Both the position numbers and the translations under genes were made by a program. 64,000 bases of DNA from Terriglobia bacterium (GTDB lineage Bacteria > Acidobacteriota > Terriglobia > JAJPHL01 > JAPKYU01), in assembly GCA_965223005.1 (NCBI GenBank), contig CBDCVK010000010.1, positions 1,056,001-1,120,000 of the forward strand. The letters are read 5' to 3'. Within the stretch, counting starts at the first letter, position 1. Each line of letters begins with the position of its first letter. Shown here piece after piece: positions 53,905-62,325 of the stretch. Under the pieces are notes generated by a model that saw only the letters and a program-made list of their open reading frames with translations, made no database searches and had not been told where the DNA came from.

Positions 53905-54819
53905 TCAGTGAGGCGAGTCCCAGCGGAGGCCGACCGCATAAGCCATCGCATAGTGGAGCGTGTCATGGAATGCGGGCGACAGGTCGGTAAGTACGCGGCC
54001 GTACCACCGACGAGGTCGGCCAGGAGAGCGAAAGCAAGAGCCAGGCTGCAGCATCACTAGCCGGCCCTTGAAGGGCATCGAGTCGGCGGCGCGAGCGGAT
54101 CCCAGCCTCGGATACTTGACCAGTGTGTTCCACCAGCCGTCGGTCGGATCGCTCTCGTCCGGGACGAAGTGGCTGAGGCTGACGAAGGCGTTTTCGAACG
54201 GGAGCGGTTCCAGCCAGTCACAGGTTTCGGCCGGCCCCAGCAGTTCGAAAGCGCCGCGACCGATCGCGCGGCGCTTTCCGAACCCGGAGCGCCCCAGAGA
54301 GCGCAACAGCACAGCCAGCCGCTCCAGCCACTCCTCCTCGGCGCGGATGTAAAGTGACAGGAAGCGCTCCTCCTGCGGGACCTCAGGGAGCCAGGTGTAC
54401 TCTTCGACTGCAAACGGGACGGGATCAGCGCCGTCACGCGGAATCGACGCGTGCGTGGGGCGCAGGGTAATCCACCAATGCTGCCGCGGCAACGGCAGCG
54501 CGTAGCTCTGCCCCTCCCGGATGGTAACGAACTGCTGGCGCGTGACCCAGCGCGCCGCCTCCCATGTTTTGCCTTCCTCGGGCGCGCCGGCGTTACCGTC
54601 GGGAACCGCACACAGCGGGCGCGGCAGCAGGTCGGCGGGAGCGGCGTCGGAGAGCAAGAAGGGCGGGGGCCCCTGGCGGAACCGTCTGAGCAAGCGGCTG
54701 AGGGCGTTTTCTCCGGCGCTGTGGGCGATTTCCCAACACAGCGCGCCGAACACCGTGTCGGCCTGCCAGGGCGTCGCCCAAGGGGCCAGGGGCCGAAGGC
54801 AGAAGCGCGCCGATTTCAT
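53905..54819 (-). CDS. csm4: Type III-A RAMP protein Csm4 (Cas5 group)
   Basis: WQADTVFGALCW, PPFLLSDA, G-rich loop GFGKRRAIGRGAF, LSHFVP, MLQPGSCF. Confidence 0.88.
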   Translation of the reverse strand: MKSARFCLRPLAPWATPWQADTVFGALCWEIAHSAGENALSRLLRRFRQGPPPFLLSDAAPADLLPRPLCAVPDGNAGAPEEGKTWEAARWVTRQQFVTIREGQSYALPLPRQHWWITLRPTHASIPRDGADPVPFAVEEYTWLPEVPQEERFLSLYIRAEEEWLERLAVLLRSLGRSGFGKRRAIGRGAFELLGPAETCDWLEPLPFENAFVSLSHFVPDESDPTDGWWNTLVKYPRLGSARAADSMPFKGRLVMLQPGSCFRSPGRPRRWYGRVLTDLSPAFHDTLHYAMAYAVGLRWDSPH

Positions 54820-54898
54820 GCGAGTGAGGCAGGCGGCTGGGCCCGGGCAAACTGACCGCTGTGCCGTAGAGCTTGGCTGGCGGGCAGAGGACGCCGCT

Positions 54899-55567
54899 TC
54901 ATACTGTCACGCTCTCCAGCGTCATCGGGTCCACGCTGATGTTTTCAAAGCGCACTTGGCCGGAGCCCCGGCTGGCGCCGGCGCCCAGCGCTCCAATCTC
55001 TTGAATCAGCCCCAACCCTTTTCGGACAAACTCCAGCATCTTGACCGGCTCATCGCCGTCATAGACGTGAATCAGGATTTCCATCTGGAACTCAGCGTCC
55101 CAAACGCGCTCCTGCCAGCGGGGATGATCGGCGGTCCCTCGGTCGCGATCCACCAGGTTCTCCGCTTTCTCCTCGACGAGCGAGCGGCCGGCAGCCTCCA
55201 ACTCGTGCAGCTTGCGGCCGGACTCGGCCGTCAACGGCGCGTCGCGCACCACGGTGCGGGTGGGAGAGGTTTCGGCCTGAGGCCGCCTGTGGGCGCCGAA
55301 GAGAAGGCACACCAGGCAATCCTTCTGTCCGCAATTGCAGGGGTCGCCGTTGCGGCCCTTTCCCTCCACCTTCTCCAGCATGGCGCGCAGTCGGCCTTTG
55401 AGCGTGGAGCCGGGAATGTAGGGCTCGCCGTTAATGGGATTGCGGATGATAGTGAAGTCAACCAAACCTCCCTCTTCCAGCCAGCTGGGGGGCCCCCCGA
55501 TGCGCAACCCTCCATTGGGGACGCGGATCAACCCGCGCAGGCGCAAGCAGCCAACCAGTTTCTTCAT
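54899..55567 (-). CDS. csm3: Type III-A RAMP protein Csm3 (Cas7 group)
   Basis: GLRIGG...GGLVDFTIIRNP...PYIPGSTLKGRLR, C.C....C..C.LFG, EEKAEN..DR, PRWQERV, LGAGASRGSGQV. Confidence 0.93.
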   Translation of the reverse strand: MKKLVGCLRLRGLIRVPNGGLRIGGPPSWLEEGGLVDFTIIRNPINGEPYIPGSTLKGRLRAMLEKVEGKGRNGDPCNCGQKDCLVCLLFGAHRRPQAETSPTRTVVRDAPLTAESGRKLHELEAAGRSLVEEKAENLVDRDRGTADHPRWQERVWDAEFQMEILIHVYDGDEPVKMLEFVRKGLGLIQEIGALGAGASRGSGQVRFENISVDPMTLESVTV

Positions 55568-56340
55568 CGGCGCTCCTTTCTCTGATGCAGCAGGCCCCCG
55601 GCGTAGGCAACTACGGCCTGGAAGTGCTGGGCGAAGGCGAGCAGGGTCTTTTCGTCGGTGACTCGGTCCACGTTGGCCTCCAGGAACTGGCGGAACAACT
55701 CAGGGATCTTGCGGCGCGCCGCGCGCTCGGCGGCAAACGGCTTCAACTTCTGAATCTCGTTCAACACCAGCTCGATCGGCTGACCGCCGAACCTGCAAGA
55801 GGCAACCGCGCGTTTGACGTGGTTGTGAAAGGCGCGCAGCTGGTGTGCCGTAGAGTCCGTTGGAGGCCAGGCAACCCCCTGGGCAATCTGCTCGGCCCAA
55901 CGGGTGATCAGTTCAGAACGCAGCGAGCCCGCCGGCGTGAAGTAGCCGCCTTCCAGGTAGCCGGCCGGCAAGCCGTGAACCGTCTCCGGAGCAATTCCGC
56001 GACCGGGGCCGCGAGCGCGGGTCCGGGTCGCGGGCAGCCGATCGCGGCGGGGCGCGCGCGCTCGCGCGGGCTCTGCGCGGCGCTCGACCGTCTCCGGAGC
56101 CGCGGCTGCAGTCTCGGCCGGTTTTGTGGAGCTGGGCTTCTCAGCGACTTCCCCTGCTTCGGTCGCCGCTTCGGCGGTGCGCTCGGTGCGCACCGCGGCA
56201 ATGCATTCGACGCAGAGCTTGTGTTGTGGCCGCGCCGGGCGGAACATCTTGGCGCAGCGAGCGCAGGCTTTTTCCGCCGGGGGCTCCGGCGGTTCGGACT
56301 TCACGCCCGCCTTACGAAGGGCATCTTCCATACTCCCCAT
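55564..56340 (-). CDS. csm2: Csm2 (Cas11) small subunit with N-terminal zinc-finger extension
   Basis: C-terminal QLRAFHNHVK...FAQHFQAVVAY; position between cas10 and csm3; N-terminal CxxC-13-CxxC. Confidence 0.85.
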   Translation of the reverse strand: MGSMEDALRKAGVKSEPPEPPAEKACARCAKMFRPARPQHKLCVECIAAVRTERTAEAATEAGEVAEKPSSTKPAETAAAAPETVERRAEPARARAPRRDRLPATRTRARGPGRGIAPETVHGLPAGYLEGGYFTPAGSLRSELITRWAEQIAQGVAWPPTDSTAHQLRAFHNHVKRAVASCRFGGQPIELVLNEIQKLKPFAAERAARRKIPELFRQFLEANVDRVTDEKTLLAFAQHFQAVVAYAGGLLHQRKERR

Positions 56341-56355
56341 AATCGCAATCCAAGA

Positions 56356-57951
56356 TCAAGTGCCGGCGTCCAAGGATGCGTACGCCACAAGAAATTCTAT
56401 CCACGTCCGGTCGGAATTTTCATCATCCTTTAGCAGGCGGCTAGCCCAGGCCCGCGCCGGGCGATGCTTCACGCGAGGGTCCCGGACCGCCGCGGCCAGC
56501 AGCGGGCGCCCGCGAGCTTCCCCGCTTCGGCTGGAGACGCAGCCTTCGGCCAGGCGGCGCAGCCAGGCCCGGGTGACGGCCCGCCGCTGAAGCCAATCGG
56601 CCAGCGCTCTTGCGGTCTTGAGCAACGAGGCCACCCGCCCCCACTCAATCGCGGTTCCGAAGGCGTACAGACGGTTCCCGCCCGCGTCCTTGGCTTGCCG
56701 CATTGCTTCGGTGGCCAGCTCGACGCCGGCGCGCAGGGTCGCGTGTGGCGGCAACAAGCTCAGGCCGGCCGAAAACGTTAACCCGTCGCCCACGAGTGCC
56801 TGGAAATCCTGCTCGAGACGCAGCGCAAGCTCGAGCGTGTCTTTCCAGGGCCCGATCAGCAGCAGGTCATCGCCGCCGCCAAAGACCGGGAAGACCAGTG
56901 GGAAGTCGCTTTGCAGCAGGTGGTGGAGATGTTCGCCGAAGAAACCATCCAGCAGGCGGCTGAGCGCCACACTCCGCTCCGGATCCCCTGCCAGGGCGGC
57001 GAACGCCAGGGCAGCACGGTCCACGTCAGCGCAAAGATAACCCAGCACGTTCTTGCTGCCTCCGGTCCGATGCGCCAATTCCTCGAGACTGGCCGGATGC
57101 CCATTTGGCGCGGGCAGGCGGCGCAGCAGCGGCCAGGATTCACTATCGAGGCGCAATTGAACTGCAAACGCATCTGCCGGGGGCGAAAACTTCAGACCCA
57201 AGCCTGGGCCGGGCAGGTCGGCTTCCGGCTCCGGGCAAAACCAGGAGCTTTCGATGTCAGGCAGGCGAGCGGCAAGCTCGTGGTCGGCGGCGCAGGCCTT
57301 ACATAAAGTTTCTTCATCCCTAACCTGCACAGAAGTCACGGTGGCGCAGCCGGAACATAGCCCGGTGTCTGCACCGGCAGGCTCAACAAATGCCCGTCCG
57401 TTCCAACGCAAACCGATGCGCAGGGCCCCTTCCAGCGGTTGCCGGCGGCGTTGCCTAAGGCGCTCTGCCAGCTGGTCCCAAGGCAACCGGTCGCCTTCGC
57501 AGATCGCGCCAGCCAAGTGAAGTTCGAGCTCCCCTGCCGGGACCCACTGTTGGAACAACCAAATGTCAAATTCGCGCTGGAGCGATTGAAGAGTCTCTTC
57601 CCATCCTGCCTTGGCGGGCCCCACCAATAAGAATCTGCTCGCGGCACGGAGTAGGCAAACCAGACCCAACCGCTCGGTCAAGCGCCGTGCCAAGAGCTCG
57701 CCGAGCGCTGCCGTGCGGAACGAGCGCGCGCGAAGCCGTTGGGCGGCGGCTCCCGCTGCCGGAGTCGGCCGGATGACATACCGCAGAACGCCGCTCAACG
57801 TCCCTTCGACCACCAGGTTGCCGGCGCGGACCTCCGCAACCGGGGCCACCTCCGCGGGCAGCGAGCCCTCTCCACGCCAAATGGCAGCGAACTGAGGCAA
57901 GCCTCGCTGGACTTCCCCTTCTGCCGTCGCCTGCTCGAGTTCCGGTTCCAT
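56356..57951 (-). CDS. cas10: Cas10/Csm1 lacking the HD domain (531 aa)
   Basis: RLRARSF, CSGC..CKAC zinc finger, LGYLCADVD, LSRLLDGFF, FGGGDDLLLIGPW, TFSAG, AKDAG. Confidence 0.9.
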   Translation of the reverse strand: MEPELEQATAEGEVQRGLPQFAAIWRGEGSLPAEVAPVAEVRAGNLVVEGTLSGVLRYVIRPTPAAGAAAQRLRARSFRTAALGELLARRLTERLGLVCLLRAASRFLLVGPAKAGWEETLQSLQREFDIWLFQQWVPAGELELHLAGAICEGDRLPWDQLAERLRQRRRQPLEGALRIGLRWNGRAFVEPAGADTGLCSGCATVTSVQVRDEETLCKACAADHELAARLPDIESSWFCPEPEADLPGPGLGLKFSPPADAFAVQLRLDSESWPLLRRLPAPNGHPASLEELAHRTGGSKNVLGYLCADVDRAALAFAALAGDPERSVALSRLLDGFFGEHLHHLLQSDFPLVFPVFGGGDDLLLIGPWKDTLELALRLEQDFQALVGDGLTFSAGLSLLPPHATLRAGVELATEAMRQAKDAGGNRLYAFGTAIEWGRVASLLKTARALADWLQRRAVTRAWLRRLAEGCVSSRSGEARGRPLLAAAVRDPRVKHRPARAWASRLLKDDENSDRTWIEFLVAYASLDAGT

Positions 57952-58003
57952 CTTCCCGGGGGACGATGCGTGTCACGACAGGTGAAAAAGCACTAAGAGC
58001 GGC

Positions 58004-58031
58004 AGTCTATCCGAGAGACCGGGCTTTGCAA
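58004..58031 (-). promoter_or_regulatory. Candidate sigma70 promoter of the cas10 operon
   Basis: TTGCAA-16 bp-TAGACT, about 52 bp upstream of ATG 57951. Confidence 0.45.
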
Positions 58032-58149
58032 GCCAATTATAATCGTGTCCGAGGACGCATGATGCTGTCCTTCTCGAACTGGCTTTCGAGGCCCAGCGCG
58101 TCTTAACTCAGAGCCAGGTCAGTGCCAGCGACTGTGCCAGCCAGCAGCC

Positions 58150-58803
58150 ATGCCTGAGCTCCGAACCGCCTGGGTGACCTTCGACTGCTACGGCACCCTG
58201 ATTGACTGGGAGTCAGGCATTCAGCAGTTCCTGCGCACCCACCCAGGTCGGGATGACCTGCTGGCGGAATGGGAAGAGATCCAGGTCCGCATGATCCAGG
58301 GTCCTTACCGGCCCTACAAGCAGGTCCTGGCTGACAGCCTTCGTGAGACGCTTCAGGCGCACGGGCTAGAATTTCGGCCGGAACTAAGCGAGGCTTTCAT
58401 TCGCTCGCTCCCCAGGTGGAAGCCATTTTTGGAGACGAATTCTGCGCTTGAGGCTTTGCGGGCCAGGGGGCTTAAGCTCGGCATCATCTCCAACATTGAC
58501 GATGACCTGCTGGCCCAGACAGTAGAACAGTTCACCGTTCGCTTTGACCTGCTAGTGACCGCCCAGCAGGCGGGCGCCTACAAACCGGCCCACGCCGGAT
58601 TTCGGCTGGCGCTGTCGCGGATTGGTCTTCCCGCCCGTCAGGTGACCCACGTGGCCTTTGGCGACCGCTACGACCTGGCCACCGCCCGGGCCTGCGGGAT
58701 GCAAGTAGTTTGCGTGAACCGCCAAGGCAAGGCGTTGGCCACACCCGTCGACGCAGGAGTTCCAGACCTGTCGGGGCTGGAGGAAGTCATCATACGGAGT
58801 TAA
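58150..58803 (+). CDS. HAD-family hydrolase (haloacid dehalogenase type II-like)
   Basis: TFDCYGTLIDWE, ISNIDD, AYKP. Confidence 0.9.
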   Translation: MPELRTAWVTFDCYGTLIDWESGIQQFLRTHPGRDDLLAEWEEIQVRMIQGPYRPYKQVLADSLRETLQAHGLEFRPELSEAFIRSLPRWKPFLETNSALEALRARGLKLGIISNIDDDLLAQTVEQFTVRFDLLVTAQQAGAYKPAHAGFRLALSRIGLPARQVTHVAFGDRYDLATARACGMQVVCVNRQGKALATPVDAGVPDLSGLEEVIIRS

Positions 58804-58822
58804 CAGGCGGAGTTAACAGGAG

Positions 58823-60046
58823 CTATCCGCTGAGAGCAATGGCCTGAAGGGCACGGACTTCGCCGCTGCGAAATTCGTATTTCTCCAGGCGGGTGGTGTT
58901 GACCCCCTGCTCCACCAGCGCGGGTACGTCCAGCGCCGCTTCGGCGCGGTCCAGTTCTTCCGGGCGGGCGTGCAGGGCCGGAGCGCGCGGCTGAAACAGT
59001 GGGCAGCAGTCCTGGAACGGCTCGGAGGAGATGGCGAAGCTGCCCAGGCGCTCGGCCACTTGCAAGATTTCCAGCTTGTCCTCGCCTATCAGCGGGCGGT
59101 AGACGGGCAGCGTGGCTGCCCGGTCAACAGCCTGCAAGTTGTGCAGGGTTTGTGACGCCACCTGGGCGACGCTGTCGCCGGTGATCAGGCCCAGGGCGTG
59201 CTCGCGGCGGGCCAGACGCTCGGCGATCCGCAGCATCATGCGGCGGTAGAGCAGAATGCGATAGGGCTCCGGCGCGGCGGTCACGATCTGCCGCTGGATG
59301 GGCTCGAAGGGCACCAGGTAGAGGCGCGCCGTGAACTGGTAGGGGGCCAGAAGCCGTACCAGCTCCTGCACGACGGGGGCGGAGGATTCACCCGGCCGCG
59401 AGGGGAGCGCGTGAAAGTGAGTAAACACCACGTGCACGCCCCGCTTCATCATTTTGTAGGCGGCCACCGCGGAGTCGTAGCCACCCGAAAGCAGGCACAC
59501 CAGCCGGCCCGCGGTGTTGGCCGGCATGCCTCCTGGGCCGGGCAGCTTCTCGCTATAGATGAGCGCCGAACCGGCGGTGATCTCCACAAAGCAGGTGAGC
59601 CCTGGGCGGCTCAGGTTGACGCGAGCGCCGGGATGGCCGGCGGCCCGCAGGCGATCCAGCAGGTACTGCCCCGCCAGACGCTCCATCTCCGAGGTGCCAA
59701 GGGGGAAGGACTTGTCGGCGCGCTTGACGCGTACGGCAAAGCTTTCAAACCCACGCCCGCCAACCTCTTCCCAGGCCGCGGCGCAGATTGGTTCCGGGTC
59801 GGCCTCCACGCGCCGGGCGACCGCGAAATAGACCAGGCCAAACACGCGCCCGAGCCGCGCGACGGCAATTTCCACCGATGCATCTTCCAGAAGGTCAACC
59901 AGGATGCGGCTGTGGGCGATCCGCGCGTGATGCGGAAGCGGATCCAGGCTCTGCCGGACGGCGATCAATAACTTGCCCAGGAAGAAGTTGCGGTTCCCTC
60001 CCTTCAGCCACAACTCGTGAAAGTGCAGGACCAGAGTGCGCGTCAT
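58823..60046 (-). CDS. thiI: tRNA 4-thiouridine synthase (THUMP + PP-loop, no rhodanese domain)
   Basis: ELWLKGGNR, LLSGGYDS, TGDSVAQVASQTL, RPL, DCC. Confidence 0.92.
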   Translation of the reverse strand: MTRTLVLHFHELWLKGGNRNFFLGKLLIAVRQSLDPLPHHARIAHSRILVDLLEDASVEIAVARLGRVFGLVYFAVARRVEADPEPICAAAWEEVGGRGFESFAVRVKRADKSFPLGTSEMERLAGQYLLDRLRAAGHPGARVNLSRPGLTCFVEITAGSALIYSEKLPGPGGMPANTAGRLVCLLSGGYDSAVAAYKMMKRGVHVVFTHFHALPSRPGESSAPVVQELVRLLAPYQFTARLYLVPFEPIQRQIVTAAPEPYRILLYRRMMLRIAERLARREHALGLITGDSVAQVASQTLHNLQAVDRAATLPVYRPLIGEDKLEILQVAERLGSFAISSEPFQDCCPLFQPRAPALHARPEELDRAEAALDVPALVEQGVNTTRLEKYEFRSGEVRALQAIALSG

Positions 60047-60131
60047 CCGATTGCTCTAATTGTAGCGCACGGAGCGAAAGGAGAGTGTTGGACGATGCTA
60101 TGGAGGCCGGAATGCTACAGAGGCCGAAATT

Positions 60132-61682
60132 TTACAGGGGAATGTTGCCGTGCTTCTTCCGCGGCATGGTGTCGCGCTTGTTCTCGAGCATCCTCAGGCC
60201 CGTGATCAGCTTGGGGCGGGTGAAGCGTGGCTCGATGACGGCATCAATGTAGCCGCGCTCAGCGGCGATGTAAGGATTGGCAAAGCGCTCACGGAAATCC
60301 CGGGTTTTCTCGCCCCGCATGGCGTCTGCGTCCTGGGCTGCCTGGAGGTCGCGGCGGTAGACGATGTTCACCGCGCCTTCCGGGCCCATGACGGCGATTT
60401 CCGCCGTCGGGTAGGCGTAGTTGATGTCGGTGCGAATGTGCTTAGAGCCCATCACGCAGTAAGCCCCGCCGTAGGCTTTGCGTGTAATAACAGTCAGCTT
60501 GGGCACCGTAGCCTCGGCGAACGCGTAGAGCAGCTTGGCCCCGTGTCGGATGATTCCGCCGAACTCCTGCTGCGTGCCCGGCAGGAATCCGGGGACGTCC
60601 ACAAAGGTGAGGAGGGGAATGTTGAAGGCGTCGCAGAAGCGCACGAACCGCGCGGCTTTGACCGAGGAGCTGATGTCCAGCGTGCCGGCCATCATCGCCG
60701 GCTGGTTCGCCACGACGCCCACCGGGCGTCCGTCCAGCCGCGCGAAGCCCACGACGATATTTTGCGCGAAGTGCTCCTGCACCTCGAAGAAGTAGCCCTC
60801 GTCCACCACCCGGTGGATGATTTCCTTGATGTCGTAAGGCACGTTGGACTCGTCCGGCACAATGCCATCCAGCGCAGGATCGGCTCGGTCCGCCGGGTCG
60901 GTGGTGGCGCGCCGCGGCGGGTCCTCCAGGTTGTTGGAAGGCAGGAAGCTGAGCAGCTCGCGGATCATCGACAGGCACTCGGGATCGTCGCGCGCAATGA
61001 AGTGAGCGACGCCGCTGACGGCATTGTGGGTCATGGAGCCGCCGAGCTCCTCCTTGGTGACCTGCTCGTGAGTGACGGTGCGGATCACGTCGGGCCCGGT
61101 GACGAACATGTAGCTGGTGTTCTTCACCATGACCGTGAAGTCGGTGATGGCGGGCGAATAGACGGCGCCGCCTGCGCACGGGCCCAGAATGGCGGAAATC
61201 TGAGGGACTACGCCGCTGGACAGGGTGTTGCGCAAGAAGATGTCGGCGTAGCCGGCCAGCGACGCCACACCTTCCTGGATGCGGGCGCCGCCGGAATCGT
61301 TCAGGCCCACCACCGGCGCCCCGTTCTTCACAGCCAGGTCCATCAGCTTGCAAATCTTGGCCGCATTGGTTTCCGACAACGAGCCGCCGAAGACGGTGAA
61401 GTCCTGGGCAAAGACGTACACCAGTCGCCCCTCAACGCGGCCGTAACCGGAGACGACCCCGTCGCCCAGCAGCTTTTGCGATTCCATGCCGAAGTCGGTG
61501 CAGCGGTGGGTAACCTGCTTGTCCAGTTCTTCAAAGCTCCCCTCGTCCAGCAGCAGTTCGACCCGCTCGCGGGCCGACAGCTTGCCCTCGCGGTGCTGCC
61601 GCTCGATGCGTTCGGGGCCGCCGCTGGCTTCCGCCGCCGCGTGGCGCCGGTGCAATTGTTCCAGACGCTGTTCTCGGGACAT
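60132..61682 (-). CDS. pccB: Propionyl/methylmalonyl-CoA carboxyltransferase beta subunit
   Basis: [54 protein letters not shown]. Confidence 0.93.
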   Translation of the reverse strand: MSREQRLEQLHRRHAAAEASGGPERIERQHREGKLSARERVELLLDEGSFEELDKQVTHRCTDFGMESQKLLGDGVVSGYGRVEGRLVYVFAQDFTVFGGSLSETNAAKICKLMDLAVKNGAPVVGLNDSGGARIQEGVASLAGYADIFLRNTLSSGVVPQISAILGPCAGGAVYSPAITDFTVMVKNTSYMFVTGPDVIRTVTHEQVTKEELGGSMTHNAVSGVAHFIARDDPECLSMIRELLSFLPSNNLEDPPRRATTDPADRADPALDGIVPDESNVPYDIKEIIHRVVDEGYFFEVQEHFAQNIVVGFARLDGRPVGVVANQPAMMAGTLDISSSVKAARFVRFCDAFNIPLLTFVDVPGFLPGTQQEFGGIIRHGAKLLYAFAEATVPKLTVITRKAYGGAYCVMGSKHIRTDINYAYPTAEIAVMGPEGAVNIVYRRDLQAAQDADAMRGEKTRDFRERFANPYIAAERGYIDAVIEPRFTRPKLITGLRMLENKRDTMPRKKHGNIPL

Positions 61683-61880
61683 GCCGTCATTCTAGTCCAA
61701 AGTTGAATGCCGAGGGTCCAAAGTCCTTGTCCGAAGGCATTTCACTGCCCGAAGGCATTTCAATGTTGGTTATGAGGCTTCAGGCGGGGACGTGACCCCA
61801 AAGATTGTTAGGAGCCGCCGGCGTGGGTGCTATACTCAATCACGCGGGCAACAAGTTACAAGCAAACGCGAAGGCAACAA

Positions 61881-62207
61881 ATGGTCAAGCACTTGCAAAC
61901 GGCATCGCTGATTTGTTGGGCAATTTTCGGCTGGGCCATTGCGGCTGAGCTGGATTTGTTGCCCCGTCTGGGCGAGTTAGCCTGGTCTCGCTGGCAGGTC
62001 AGCTTGCTGGCTGGGCTTGCGCTCTGGAGCACCGGGGACCGCCTGGCGGATTGCCGCTGCCGCTGCTGCGGAGCTTCCGAGGTGCTTCTTCGCGGGCTGT
62101 TGACGCGGTCCCACGAGCTGCTGTGTCACCGTTGCCTGCGCTGGAATCCTTCGCTGGGCTCGCAGGCTCCGGCCCCTTCCCAAGCCTCGCTATCCTCCGA
62201 ATCTTAG
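61881..62207 (+). CDS. Small membrane protein with possible zinc ribbon
   Basis: Two hydrophobic segments, CRCC...CHRC; TGCTATACT extended -10 upstream. Confidence 0.5.
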   Translation: MVKHLQTASLICWAIFGWAIAAELDLLPRLGELAWSRWQVSLLAGLALWSTGDRLADCRCRCCGASEVLLRGLLTRSHELLCHRCLRWNPSLGSQAPAPSQASLSSES

Positions 62208-62325
62208 CACCCCATCTTAGAAGAGGATAAGCAGCCACACAGACTGGCAGACCTGTGCCGCCATGTCATGAGCACTCGGGAATCGAGGCCAGTTTGAAAG
62301 CGCGGGTTGGAGTCCGGAGGCGAGA

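Noticed and set aside
53175-58150. CRISPR array near the csm genes
   Set aside because: No repeated 25-40-bp unit with spacers in any intergenic gap (53175-53905, 54820-54898, 57952-58149) or elsewhere by eye; a single degenerate repeat cannot be excluded.
58150-58803. HAD hydrolase as effector or signal-degrading enzyme of the Csm module
   Set aside because: It looks like an ordinary haloacid-dehalogenase-type HAD, is transcribed divergently and has no sensor domain; only adjacency supports a link.
60150-61706. Long antisense ORFs here and opposite accC, coxA, the PilR-like gene and others
   Set aside because: Shadow frames expected from high-GC codon bias; no recognisable motifs.
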